Program-made: the position numbers and the translations under genes | Part shown: piece by piece, positions 25,244-36,485 of the stretch | Layout of the letters: each line of letters opens with the position of its first letter | Position numbering within the stretch: position 1 is the first letter of the stretch | NCBI RefSeq assembly: GCF_006345805.1 | Contig: NC_043006.1 | Span: 16,802,001 to 16,866,000 of the forward strand | Length of the DNA: 64,000 bases | Direction: 5' to 3' | From: Octopus sinensis | Lineage: Eukaryota | The notes under the pieces: generated by a model | Database searches by the model: none | Seen by the model: only the letters and a program-made list of their open reading frames with translations | Told to the model about the DNA's origin: nothing

Positions 25244-25903
25244 AGGGTATAGATGTATGTGTGGGGGGGAGAGGTTTCAATTTTAATGGAGCAAAAAATA
25301 ACATCTTAAATAATATAAAGAGAAACAAAAAAAAAAAAAAAAAACTGAAGGAAAACCAAAAATATTAGAATTTTTTTCGCTTTTTTTCTTTTTTACAATG
25401 GAAGGGGAGAGGAGAAAAGAGGAGGGGGGGATTTAGAAAATGTAAAAGTGAGAATTGAAACAGAACTCCAGTTTCTCGGAAATATAGATGACAGTCACGG
25501 TGGGGGCGGGGTAGGAAAGGGGGGGAGTAAAAATAAAAAAAAAATAAAAAATGAAACCTTGTCAACAAATCAGCCAAAAATACTATAAATTATTTTGTCC
25601 CACTTCAATCTCTAGACTTTCACAATAAAGCCCTGTCTCACCTCTCCCTAGCAACTGCCTTGGACGCAGGTGAGTGTATTTCATGTCTGTAAGGGACATC
25701 ACTTCACACAGACACACACAAACGCACACACACACACACCCACACATGCTGAACATGCAAATGAAATAATGATTCCAGAATGAAGGGAGAGTTTTAAGAT
25801 TGCGACAAGAATATAGAACAAAAGAAACAGATCTTGACATTATTATTATTAATTTTTTTTTTTTTTCCTTTTTTGTTTTTTTTTTTTGTTTTTTTGTTTT
25901 GCA

Positions 25904-26252
25904 TTAGACTTTTTTCTTATCTAGATTCTCTAGTACAGTTTGAAATGATTCTAGCTGCTTCTGCAAAGACAAACAAAAACCACGAGATGCTGGCAGAAGA
26001 GGGAACTCTGGAGTTGCACACCGTTCCCTGTTGGACAATACAGAGAGAGCAGCAGAGTTGGAAATCTCAGTTGAAATATCAGCGTTTGGAAGGTGCAATA
26101 ATAGAGGCTGGGAGGAGGCAGGTTGGCAGTTTGGGACTGTAGCATTCGTCTGTAGCTGTGTTGAATTGTTGCATAAACCATCGTTAGCTGCTGATTCTGC
26201 GGCTGATACTTTGTCAGAGAGTTCGAGCCATTTTGTTAATCGTTTAATCATT
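25904..26252 (-). CDS. UBE2O: UBE2O terminal coding exon (R|MIKRLTKWLE..FPLLPASRGFCLSLQKQLESF..*)
   Basis: ttttcag acceptor, phase 2 matching the previous exon; TAA at 25904-25906. Resembles the recalled UBE2O C-terminus RLVNRIESWL..FPLFPLSKGF. Confidence 0.92.
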
Positions 26253-26485
26253 CTGAAAAACAGTTGAAATAATAAGACATTAAATACACCAAAAAAAATA
26301 GAAAATAGATTGCAGAAATATTTTTACGTAATTTTCGTGTGAAAAACAAAATATTTTAAAAGAGTTTAGCAGTAGTTGTCTGTTTTAGCTATTTAACCCT
26401 TTTGTAATCATATTTCTGTGAAGTGCCTTATGTTTTACTTTGAATTTGAAGGATTACAAAAAATACTAAGGTTTTTCCTTATTAA

Positions 26486-26705
26486 CCCTTTCATTATTAA
26501 CCCGGCTGAAACCGGCTCTGGTTCTGAATACAAATGTCTTGTTTTCATAAGTTTTGAATTAAAATCTCCCACCAAACCTTAGTCACAATTTATGTTCCTA
26601 ACACTAGCTGATTGATAACTAAGTTATTTTACTAAATTCTTTGTTATATTTAAAGTAATTGAAAGAAACACAGAGCATCTCAAAATAAATACAGTAACGA
26701 AAGGG
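26486..26705 (+). mobile_element. piggyBac-like MITE (about 220 bp, TTAA TSD, CCCTTTC.. TIR)
   Basis: ttaa|ccctttcatta..gtaacgaaaggg|ttaa; same family as 33698, 47073 and 60683. Confidence 0.88.
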
Positions 26706-27811
26706 TTAATTTTGTATTTGGGATGTCACTTATAAAGGTTTTTCCATAAAATAATGGAAAGTTTTAATTCAAATATAACCATTTATTTAAATCAAATAAT
26801 GTAAAGTCTTAATTTAAATCAGACAATTGGGTATTGAAACCAGAGGAAAAATTTCAGGTGGACACAAGCCTGGCCAAGGTTTTTGAGGAAGACTAGCAGT
26901 TGTCCATACATGTAAGTTGTGGCGCCACACCACCAATGTTTGTCCAAGGAAAAGGCTGCTGACTTGAGATGACACAGCTAAGCACCAATGTTGATTCAGG
27001 TGTCGCTGTCCTGGAACAGAGGCAACAGGGCATCTAACCTTACACCACCCAGCATTGGTAGCTTTTTTTTTATTGATGTTGTAAGAAATATGAAATTGAC
27101 TTGGACAAGATTTGAAACCAGAATCCAGAGTTTGGAAACCTTGAAGCATTTAATCACTAATGACACTAATGACTGCCAATAGGGTTTAATTAAATCAAAT
27201 ACAGTAGTATATTGGATCATATGTTTTTTGCAGACTAGGCATGGCTGTGTAGCTGCGAAGCTTCTTTTGCAACCATGTGGTCTCAGGTTCAGTCCCACTG
27301 CAGAGCGTCTTCAGGAAGTGTCTTCTACAGCCCTGAGCTGACCAAAGCCTTGAGAATGGATTTAGTAGACAGAAATTGAAAGAAACCTTTCACACTCCCC
27401 TCACACACTTATACATATGCATGTGCATACCTTAGTCATGACAGCACGTGATGGTTGCAAACAAACACCCTCAACATACAATGTTGTTCATTTTCAGTCT
27501 TCCACGAAAAAACATGTCTGGCAATGGTGAAAATATCAACTTGCTTGGAAACATTTGAGATTTGGCAACATGTAGGACATCCAGCCATAGAGTGTAGTGG
27601 GTGCTTTTTACGTGCCACCAGCACGGGGCCAGTCGGGTGGTACTGGCAACGACCTCGCTCGAACCTTTTACACATGCCACTGGCACAGCTGCCAGTAAGG
27701 TGATTAAATCAATTCTAATACCTTACTGATACCACACAGAACAAAAAAAAATATTAGCCCCAAACTGCATATCATTGAGCATTTGATCCATTTTACAAAG
27801 GAGTAGCTTAC

Positions 27812-27891
27812 CTTGGACCATTAATCCGCAAATGATCACGAACTTCATGGATAAACAAATTTGGTGGGTTGTTAACCATATTGCTCATTGA
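27812..27891 (-). CDS. UBE2O: UBE2O exon (SMSNMVNNPPNLFIHEVRDHLRINGPR), 80 nt, phase 0-2
   Basis: tcttcag acceptor and gtaagc donor; phases fit both neighbours. Confidence 0.93.
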
Positions 27892-28738
27892 CTGAAGATG
27901 AAAATAAAATAGATTACAAATTAATAAAGACATTAAAAATATTTTTTAAAATTTAACTTTGGAATTCAAAGTTCTGCAAAATTAATCTTACTATAGAGTT
28001 TAAGGGCCCAAGCCTTACTATAGTTATTGTGTTCATCTTATATATCATCATTTAATGTCCGCTTTCCATGCTAGCATGGGTTGGACGATTTTGACTGAGG
28101 GCTGGCGAACCAGATGGTTCAATCTTCACCAGGCTCCAATCTTGATTTGGCAGAGTTTCTACAGCTGGATGCCTTTCCTAATGCCAACCACTCCGAGAGT
28201 GTAGTGGGTGCTTTTACATGCCACCGGTACGGGGGCCAGTCAAGCGGTACTGGCAACGACCTCGCTCAAATCTTTTTGGTAACGATCTCGGTCACTACTG
28301 ATTTCTACAGCTGGATGCCCTTCCTAATGCCAACCATTTTGCAGTATGTACTAGGTGCTTTTAATGTGTCTCCAGCACAAGTACCAGTATTTAGCAACAG
28401 GGAAGACAATTATACATTGCATATGTCTTAAGAGTTGTTTCAAGAATATATAGAAGGTTTTTGTAATCATCATTAACAAAATGAAATAATTTTGTAGCAT
28501 CAAACATACATATCTTACTTGTGAATTTCCAGCACCACGAACAGAAACCAACCGTGCTTGGCAATCACAAACACCTTTTGTGAAGATTGTCAATACTGAG
28601 TTTCCAGTAGCAGATTCCATAAACGTGAAGACAGATACCAATTCAAAATCCGAACCGATTTGTAGTAATCTACATTATCAGCTGCTCACTCTGCCATTTA
28701 CATTACCCTATGAAGAGGGCGATGGTGTTACATCATAA

Positions 28739-28955
28739 GGCGGGGAGCTGGCAGAATCGTTAGCACGCCGGGCGAAATGCTTAGCGGTATTTCGTTTGCG
28801 TTACATTGTGAGTTCAAATTCCGAGGTCGACTTTGCCTTTCATCCTTTCGGGGTCGATAAATTAAGTACCAGTTACGCACTGGGGTCGATGTAATCGACT
28901 TAATACCTATGTCTGTCCCCTCTATGTTTAGCCCCTTGTGGGTAGTAAAGAAATA
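28739..28955 (+). mobile_element. Type-B SINE with degenerate 15-bp TSD
   Basis: ggtgttacatcataa / ggtgttacaccacga flanks. Confidence 0.88.
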
Positions 28956-29287
28956 GGTGTTACACCACGAGTTCATCGCCATCAATAACAGAGTGAACAA
29001 ACAAACCAACCAAGGTGCCTTTTCAGCACGAGCTCTTTGAGGAAATCAATCTGACAAATGATGATGGTTTTTGAAGTTTGACACAATATAAAGCATGAAG
29101 ACAGAGGGTTCTGCAGAGGCAAACATGGTCAAATGCATCCAACTTGTGAATGCACAAGTCTGCCGCTCTCATTGGCCATGCAGCAGGATGATATAAAAGA
29201 GCGCTAAGTAGATGTAAGTTTTTGTGGCTATAAGAGTCTCCAACCAGAGACAAGCTTATCCTAAAGACAACAGAATGCAGTATGCAC

Positions 29288-29570
29288 CATCATCATCATC
29301 ATCATTTAACATCCGCTTTCCATGCTAGCATGGGTTGGACGATTTGACTGAGGGGTTGGCGAACCAGATGGCTGTACCAGGCTCCAATCTTGATTTAGCA
29401 GAGTTTCTACAGCTGGATGCCCTTCCTAACGCCAATCACTCAGAGAGTGTAGTGGGTGCTTTTGACGTGCCACCGGCACGGGGGCCAGTCAGGCAGTTCT
29501 GGCAACCACCTCGCTCGAATCTTTTTACACATGCCACCAGCACAGGTACCAGTAGGCGATGTTGGTATTG
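29288..29570 (-). mobile_element. RTE-family 3' tail fragment (similar copies at about 28045-28340, 31435-31935, 43130-43370, 47935-48260, 49990-50300, 60080-60285)
   Basis: (TCA)n followed by tttaacgtccgctttccatgctagcatgggttggac..ggatgcccttcctaacgccaaccactc..gtgctttttacgtgccacc. Confidence 0.88.
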
Positions 29571-30051
29571 ATCACCAAGCTGATATAAACATCTATCTCA
29601 TCTTTGCCCTGGCCTGTGGCTATGAAAATGGTACGAAGGTACTTAAATTTTCAAATACAATGGCAAACTTTTCAAATGGCAAGATGAGATGCAATGATTA
29701 TAAGCTTTGATTTGACTGCACTGGTTTTTCATGCCAACATGCACTGCATACAAACTGAGGTATTCAACAGCAGGCTGGAAATCCATATAAATATTGCCAT
29801 TATTGCAAGACTGGCAGCATAATTGAAATCCTTTGAGTGAAATTTTTGGTCTCAATGAGACATATGAAACATCTGTCATAGCACATTCCACACTCCTGTT
29901 GATGACAAAGTTGAAAAGCACTGCTAGAGAGCTCAGTTAATCCTGAAGAAGAACAGCAAACCTTTACTCATGTAGAGCTGTAGTTTGCTCTAATTAGATT
30001 CAGTAGCTACACAGGTAATAACCCATTTGCTATCATAATATCCAGAGGATA

Positions 30052-30441
30052 GGCGCAGGAGTGGCTGTGTGGTAAGTAGCTTGTTTACCAACCACATGGT
30101 TCCGGGTTCAGTCCCACTGCGTGGCATCTTGGGCAAGTGTCTTCAACTATAGCCTCGGGCCAACCAAAGCCTTGTGAGTGGATTTGGTAGACGGAAACTG
30201 AAAGAAGCCCGTCGTATATATGTATGTATATATATATGTTTGTGTGTCTGTGTTTTTTCCCCCCTAGCATTGCTTGACAACTGATGCTGGTGTGTTTACA
30301 TCCCCGTCACTTAGTGGTTCAGCAAAAGAGACCGATAGAATAAGTACTGGGCTTATAAAGAATAAGTCTTGGGGTTGATTTGCTCGACTAAAGGCGGTGC
30401 TCCAGCATGGCCGCAGTCAAATGACTGAAACAAGTAAAAGA
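30052..30441 (+). mobile_element. Type-C SINE (ggcgcaggagtggctgtgtggtaag head, cttgggcaagtgtctt CORE-like motif) with CR1-type 3' tail
   Basis: B-box-like gggttcagtccc; the tail ggcggtgctccagcatggccgcag..ctgaaacaagtaaaaga matches the LINE tail at 1097-1147. Many relatives occur (about 21600, 33150, 39190, 43870, 50400, 52900). Confidence 0.87.
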
Positions 30442-30918
30442 GTAAGAGTAGTGGTCAGAGTGTTGCACTCACAAACGCAAGTGGTTCATTGTGGTTTTTT
30501 GAACACAACACTTCATTTCATGTTGGTCCAGTTCACTCAGCTGCAAAAGAGTTCCAGCAATAATTGGGGAGTTAAGTGGTGTCCTCCTCAGTGGGGAATG
30601 TTGTAAGCTCAGTCACATATATACCATAGAAAATAGGTTAAGCTCTAACCTTATGCATTATAGAGCTCAGGTATGAGCCTATAGTTTGATCACGAGGCAG
30701 AAACTGTACCTATAGCCTTTGCAAATTTCCCCAGAGACCAGAGCGGTCAATGTGATCGATGATTTTGAACAACTTATAAGTCAACTGCAGGGAAAACATG
30801 GCCAGGCATTCTGGGAAGAGAAAGTTGTGCACTGTGGTTAGTAAATGGGGGGGAATGTTGTAAGTCAAACTTTATGATGTTAATCACCAAAAGAAGCCTG
30901 TGTTTAAATGAGACTCAC

Positions 30919-31040
30919 TTGCACAACTTTCACTATAGCCATTTCATTATACATCCGACTGTTCTCTACTCCCTGCTGAGTCCCACGCTGTTTCTCATAA
31001 CCAGCTTCATTGTAGTAAGGTTCAGACACTAAAATTAAAC
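30919..31040 (-). CDS. UBE2O: UBE2O exon ([41 protein letters not shown]), 122 nt, phase 1-0
   Basis: cttgtag acceptor and gtgagt donor; the EPYYNEAG motif of the UBC domain. Confidence 0.97.
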
Positions 31041-31225
31041 CTACAAGTACAAAAGAAATAAAATTAAATTTGAAAAAAGGAAATCAGGAAAATAATTTGC
31101 ATGGCAATTACAGCTGCTTCAAGAAGAAAGTTTTATGAGAATCAATCATCATATCACTGATGCTTATTTTTTCTTGTTAGTTACTATAGTGACAACACTA
31201 CCAATCTATCTTTCACACATTCCCA

Positions 31226-31263
<38 letters not shown>

Positions 31264-32319
31264 ATCCCTCAACAACTTCTTTTCCCCTTCCCCTTCATCA
31301 CAATGTATAATTTGATCCCTACTCTTCTTTCCCTCCCTCTTATAGATGTTGTGACAGACAGAGATCCACTTCTCTTTTAAAATATAAGATAAGGACTCAG
31401 CTTTTTTCCTTTCCTCTATAGTAAGAAAGTGTTTATCATCATCATCATCGTTTAACATCCGCTTTCCATGCTAACATGGGTTGGACAGTTTGACTGTGGG
31501 CTGGCAAACCAGATGGCTGCACCAGGTCTAGTCTTGATCTGGCAGAGTTTCTACAGCTGGATGCCCTTCCTAATGCTAACCACTCCAAGAGTGTAGTGGG
31601 TGCTTTTATGTGCTACCAGCACGGGGGCCAGTCAGGCGGTACTGGCAACAACCTCACTCGATTTTTTAAAATCTTTTTTTACACATGCCAACGGCACAGG
31701 TGCCAGTAAGGCGACGCTGGAAATGATCCCGCTCGAATGGTGCCTCCTACATGCCACCGGAACGGAAGCCAGTTAGCCGCTCTGGCAACGATCACACTCA
31801 GATGGTGCTCTTAGCACCCTACTAGCACAGGGCACAAGTGTCAGTAAGGCGAAGCTGGTAACGATCACACTCGAATGGTGCCCTTTTTATGTGCCACCGG
31901 CACGGAAGCCAGTTAGCCGCTCTGTCAGCGATCACGATTTGAAACTATCATTTTTTTTTTTCACCATCATCATCATTTAACCTCTGCCTTCCATGCTGGT
32001 ATAGATTGGACAGTTTTGACAGAAACTGATGACTCCAAGAACTGCATCAAGCACCAATGTTTTCTATAACTGGATGCCCTTCCAAATGCCAACATTAAAT
32101 ATATTTACATTATTTTCATCTTTATTTCAGTTCAGTTACAACAGCATAGTAACAAACATGGAAGTTTTATTTTCATTATTATTACTATTCTTTTTTTTTT
32201 TGTTTGATTGCTAAGTCCTTATTTATTCAACAGCCTTTTTCTCTACAAAGATTTAGACAAGTAGGAACTATCACACAGGAATTAACAACCAAAACTAAGA
32301 TTCAAAATCAAATACATAC

Positions 32320-32377
32320 CTTGTATTGAAACAAGTACTTGAAGTAAATTAGACTCCTGAGTCCATACTTCATTACC
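32320..32377 (-). CDS. UBE2O: UBE2O exon (GNEVWTQESNLLQVLVSIQ|G), 58 nt, phase 0-1
   Basis: tttacag acceptor and gtatgt donor; UBC helix LLQVLVSIQ. Confidence 0.96.
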
Positions 32378-32406
32378 CTGTAAACAGCAAGAAGCAATCA
32401 TGTATA

Positions 32407-32800
32407 TCTTTATATATAAAAGAAAGGTTGTGTGTCTGTCTACTCCGATTTAGGTTCCTAACTACTCCCACATTTTGCGGTGCAGTTTAACTAAAACCGG
32501 GTATCTTATAGTCGTGATTCATATCAAGCCCTTCTGGGTATTAGCGCACGTCTACGATGAGTCTACGATTTTAAAAATAATTTACCATAATTTTTTTCCA
32601 TTTTAATACATATTTTTTTAAATATAAGGGAAGTAACTCTCTAAAAATGTCTACGATGAGTCAACGATTTTTAAAAAAATTTACCATAATTTTTTTTCCA
32701 TTTTTAATGCATTTTTTGCTATTCTTTGGCTATAACTCTCTAAAAATGCTTTATAGTTATTTCCCTTACAAACCCGAGCAACGCAGGGCGATACTGCTAG
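32407..32800 (+). mobile_element. Non-autonomous Helitron
   Basis: Starts A|TC-tttatatataaa and ends with subterminal hairpin cccgagcaacgcaggg then CTAG|T; no TSD; internal duplication of gtctacgatgagtc..tttaccataatttt. Confidence 0.85.
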
Positions 32801-33697
32801 TAGTTTGCTGTCCAAAACATATATATATCAATTACTACTAATAGTTTGCTGTCCAAAACATATATATATATCAATTACAATTGTACGAAAAAATTTTAAA
32901 ATATATAAAATGGTATTTCTACAGTAACACTTCTAATTCAGATACAAGACTGGTAATTTTGAAGGGCCAGGGTTAGTTGATATCATGGTCTTCAATATCA
33001 GACTGGTACTTTAGTTTATTGACTGAGACTTCAAGAATTGATATTTTCAGGTTTCACTTTAACTTTGATATTACTAAGATTCTTCTGAGGCCTATTATAA
33101 GTAAGTAAATACAAGAACAGTTCTGCAAAGATTGTCTATTTTCTTTAGGTACAGGTATGGCCTTGTAGTTAATTAGTTCTGCAACCACCTGGTTTTGAAT
33201 TCAATCCAATAATGTGGTACCCTGGGCAACTGTCATCAACTTTAGCTCCACATCAATGTCTTGTGAATGAATTTGGTAGACAGAAACTGCAGAGAAACCA
33301 GCTGACAATATGTGGTATGTGCACATATGCATCACTACTTAACAGCCAGTGATGGTTTGTTTATGTCCACTGTAACCTAGCAGTTTGGCAAAAAGAACCC
33401 AACAGAATAAGTACCAAACTTAAGAGTAAGTACTAGGGTTGATTTGTTCAACTATACCCTTCAACATGATACCCCAGCATGGCCACAGTTTATTGGCTGA
33501 AGCAAGTATATGAGTAAAAAGGTAATAAATATTTAAATTAAAAATATGAGAATAACACAAAGACTACATATAGTGTTAAATTATCAATAGGCTAAACAAC
33601 CTGTTGATCAGAGGCTACAAATGACCAATGTTTCTGAAAAGAAACAATATTTTAATAATTTCAATGTCTCCAAGCAGAACCAAATGATACATATTAG

Positions 33698-33909
33698 CCC
33701 TTTTGTTACCATTATTTCTGTTGAGATGCTCTGTGTTTCTTTCAATTAATTTTAAATATAACAAAGAATTTAGTAAAATAATTCAGCTAATGTTTGGAAC
33801 ATAAATTGTGACTAAGGTTTGGTGGAAAATTTTAAATCAGAACTTTTGAAAACAAGACAGTTGTACTACAGAGCCAGAGGCAGTTTCAGGTGGGTTGGTA
33901 TCAAAAGGG
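33698..33909 (-). mobile_element. piggyBac-like MITE, diverged copy
   Basis: ccctttt..aaaaggg ends; interior is the reverse complement of 26486-26705. Confidence 0.8.
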
Positions 33910-34745
33910 TTTAAGGAGATTTTATTGGAAATCTCATGATCCAGTGCCATTAGAAATAACAGTATGCACATTCAGTCTCTGTGGCACCACCAGCAAGTTT
34001 CTTATAATATAGCCCCAGTTCCATCAAAACCTTGGGAATGGATTTGGTAAAGGGAAACTAAAAGAAGCTCATTGTATATGTTTATGTGTCTATCATCATC
34101 ATCATCATTTAACATTTGATATTCATGCTAGTATGGGTTGGAGGGTGTGACCAGAGCTGGTAAGCTAGGCGTTTGCACCAGACTCCAGTCTGATTTGGTA
34201 TGGTTTCTATGGCTGGATGCCCTCCTAGCGTATATACACATATTTGTGAGTATGTGTATGTTTGTGTTACTTTGTCGTGACATCACATGGTGGTTGTAAA
34301 TGAGTGTCACAGTCATACAAGCATTATTCATTTCTAACATTCTACACATATGGCTATGGGGAAATATCACCATGCTTGGAAACATGTGAGGATTGGTGAC
34401 AGAAAGGGCATCCAGTTGTTGAAAATTTGCCTCAGTAAACACCATCTAACCCATGCAAGCATAGAAAAGTAGAAGTTAAAAAAAATGATGATGATGAAAT
34501 TAAGTGAAATGTATTTGAAAATATATTTTGGAATGGTCAATTTGCCAATAAAATACTTTTATTACATTATTTTTCCTTGAAATTATTTTTAAAATGATGA
34601 AAGGAACTTTCAATGAAAAAGATTTCACCATGAACTCACAAGTGAATGTTCCTGAGAAAACATTCAATCTTAGAGAAATTTCCTACGTTTTTGGTTCAGT
34701 CAAGAGATGAAATTGTTGAGAGTAAAATGCATTTAAGTAACTTAC

Positions 34746-34949
34746 CTTGCCAGACCAAGTACCCAATAAGCTTACACAGACTTTACCATCTTCATAAAGA
34801 TTAGGGTTGAGTCGATCAGCACAGTAGGACAAATAATGGAACCTGGGTGGTGATGCAGGGTAATCATTTGGCAACTGGACATCGAAAATAAATAGACCAT
34901 CTTCATAGGGCGTATTTGAAGGCCCAACTATCATCACTGAGAATAAGTC
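34746..34949 (-). CDS. UBE2O: UBE2O UBC-core exon ([43 protein letters not shown]), 204 nt, phase 0-0
   Basis: ttctcag acceptor and gtaagt donor; E2 fold with catalytic Cys codon at 34776-34778; [16 protein letters not shown] is typical of the UBE2O/BIRC6 E2 group. Confidence 0.98.
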
Positions 34950-35325
34950 CTGAGAATAAAGAATAAAAAAAAATATATTCAAACTCAGGATAAGAATTAC
35001 AGACTTGTATTCAAACTAGCAGAATTGTTATAGTGTCAGATGAAATGTTTCACTGTGATAGTTTTGATTCTTTGCAGTCTTAAGTTCAAATTCCACCAAG
35101 GTCAACTTTGCCTTTCATCCTTTCAAGATCAATATAAAAATAACAATCTACGATTATAGATTAGTGGAATTGTAAGGATACTGGATCAGATGCCTTGTGG
35201 TGTTTGTTCCAGTTCTTTGTGTTGAGTTAAAATCCCACAACTTTCTTCACTGGTAGACTTAATGAGTGACCTGATTTAACACCATGACCTGGCATCTTGG
35301 CTACTTTTATCAAAATCCAAGCTAC

Positions 35326-35368
35326 TCCAGACTGATGATGAGCAACGACTCTGAAACTAATCTCTGGA
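35326..35368 (+). ncRNA. Degenerate type I hammerhead ribozyme motif within a repeat of about 250 bp (35290-35540)
   Basis: tccaga CTGATGA t gag caacga ctc t GAAA ct a ATC tctgga: stem I 6 bp, stem II 3 bp, both core boxes intact, triplet AUC. Confidence 0.7.
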
Positions 35369-36205
35369 TGCTGGCTTTGCTGGGTAGAGGTGCTTGTCTC
35401 CACTTTGAAAACATAAGGACACAGGAAATATGTCAAGTCCAACAGGAAACGGTGTTTCCTTGGGCTAAATATAACAGTAACATTCTTCCCTTTCATGGGA
35501 CTGTCACATAAAGTTAACAACATATCAAAATCCACTCTGTTGAATGTATTTGCGGCAGGTTTTCAATTTTGAAGACATCTCCCCCAACTCCTTCCCCCCT
35601 CCTGTCAATTGCAAAAACCCTGTAACAGGTCATAGGTACTAAAAGTGCAACAAATCAGAATCTAATTAAACAATATTACAGAAAAGAAATTTTAACAATG
35701 ATATTCTTTTCTTTGAGTCAATCTACTTTGAACTAAGCAGGTACAAATCCACTGTTTGAACTTGGGGGATTAAGTCGACTGAAACGATTACAAAAAACGA
35801 CTCAAGGGAAATAACCACAACACAGCTGATTAAGAGTTTACGGCTTACATTACGGCATGTATATTGCTCTTAAGAATATATTATAAGTATTATTATTACA
35901 ATAATATTCCTTTTAGGAGTCGATAAATTAAGTACCAGAGGAACACTGGGGTAGATGTAATAGACCAGTCCTCTCCCAACAAATTTCAGGCATCGTGTCT
36001 TTAATACAAAGGATTATTACAATAATATATGGTATTGCTATTATTACAATAGAAAGAGATGAAACTAACAAGAAACCTGGAGAATATCTTTTTTCCAAAG
36101 ATTAAACAAAGATCTAAAGAACTCACAAAAATGGTTATACATTTATATGTAAATAAGAAAAGTAGTGGAGAAAAAAAAAATGAAAGTACAAAAATCGATA
36201 CATAC

Positions 36206-36268
36206 CATTCTCTCTTCAAATTCTTTAACAAAAATACCATCAGGAAGACTAGTTTTTAATAACTTTGA
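36206..36268 (-). CDS. UBE2O: UBE2O exon (SKLLKTSLPDGIFVKEFEERM), 63 nt, phase 0-0
   Basis: cttttag acceptor and gtatgt donor; matches the recalled human segment LLATSLPEGIMVKTFEDRM. Confidence 0.96.
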
Positions 36269-36447
36269 CTAAAAAGACAAAGAAAATAAAAATAAAATTT
36301 CCAAAGAAAAGGATGAATTATGTTCATGTGGGTAGTCAGGCAATACATATTCAGTTTTATAGTTATGTGCAATAAATTAAAAATATTGAATAAAATACAT
36401 GCATATATTTATCATTTAATAAGAAATAATGTGTGTGTGTGTATATG

Positions 36448-36485
<38 letters not shown>

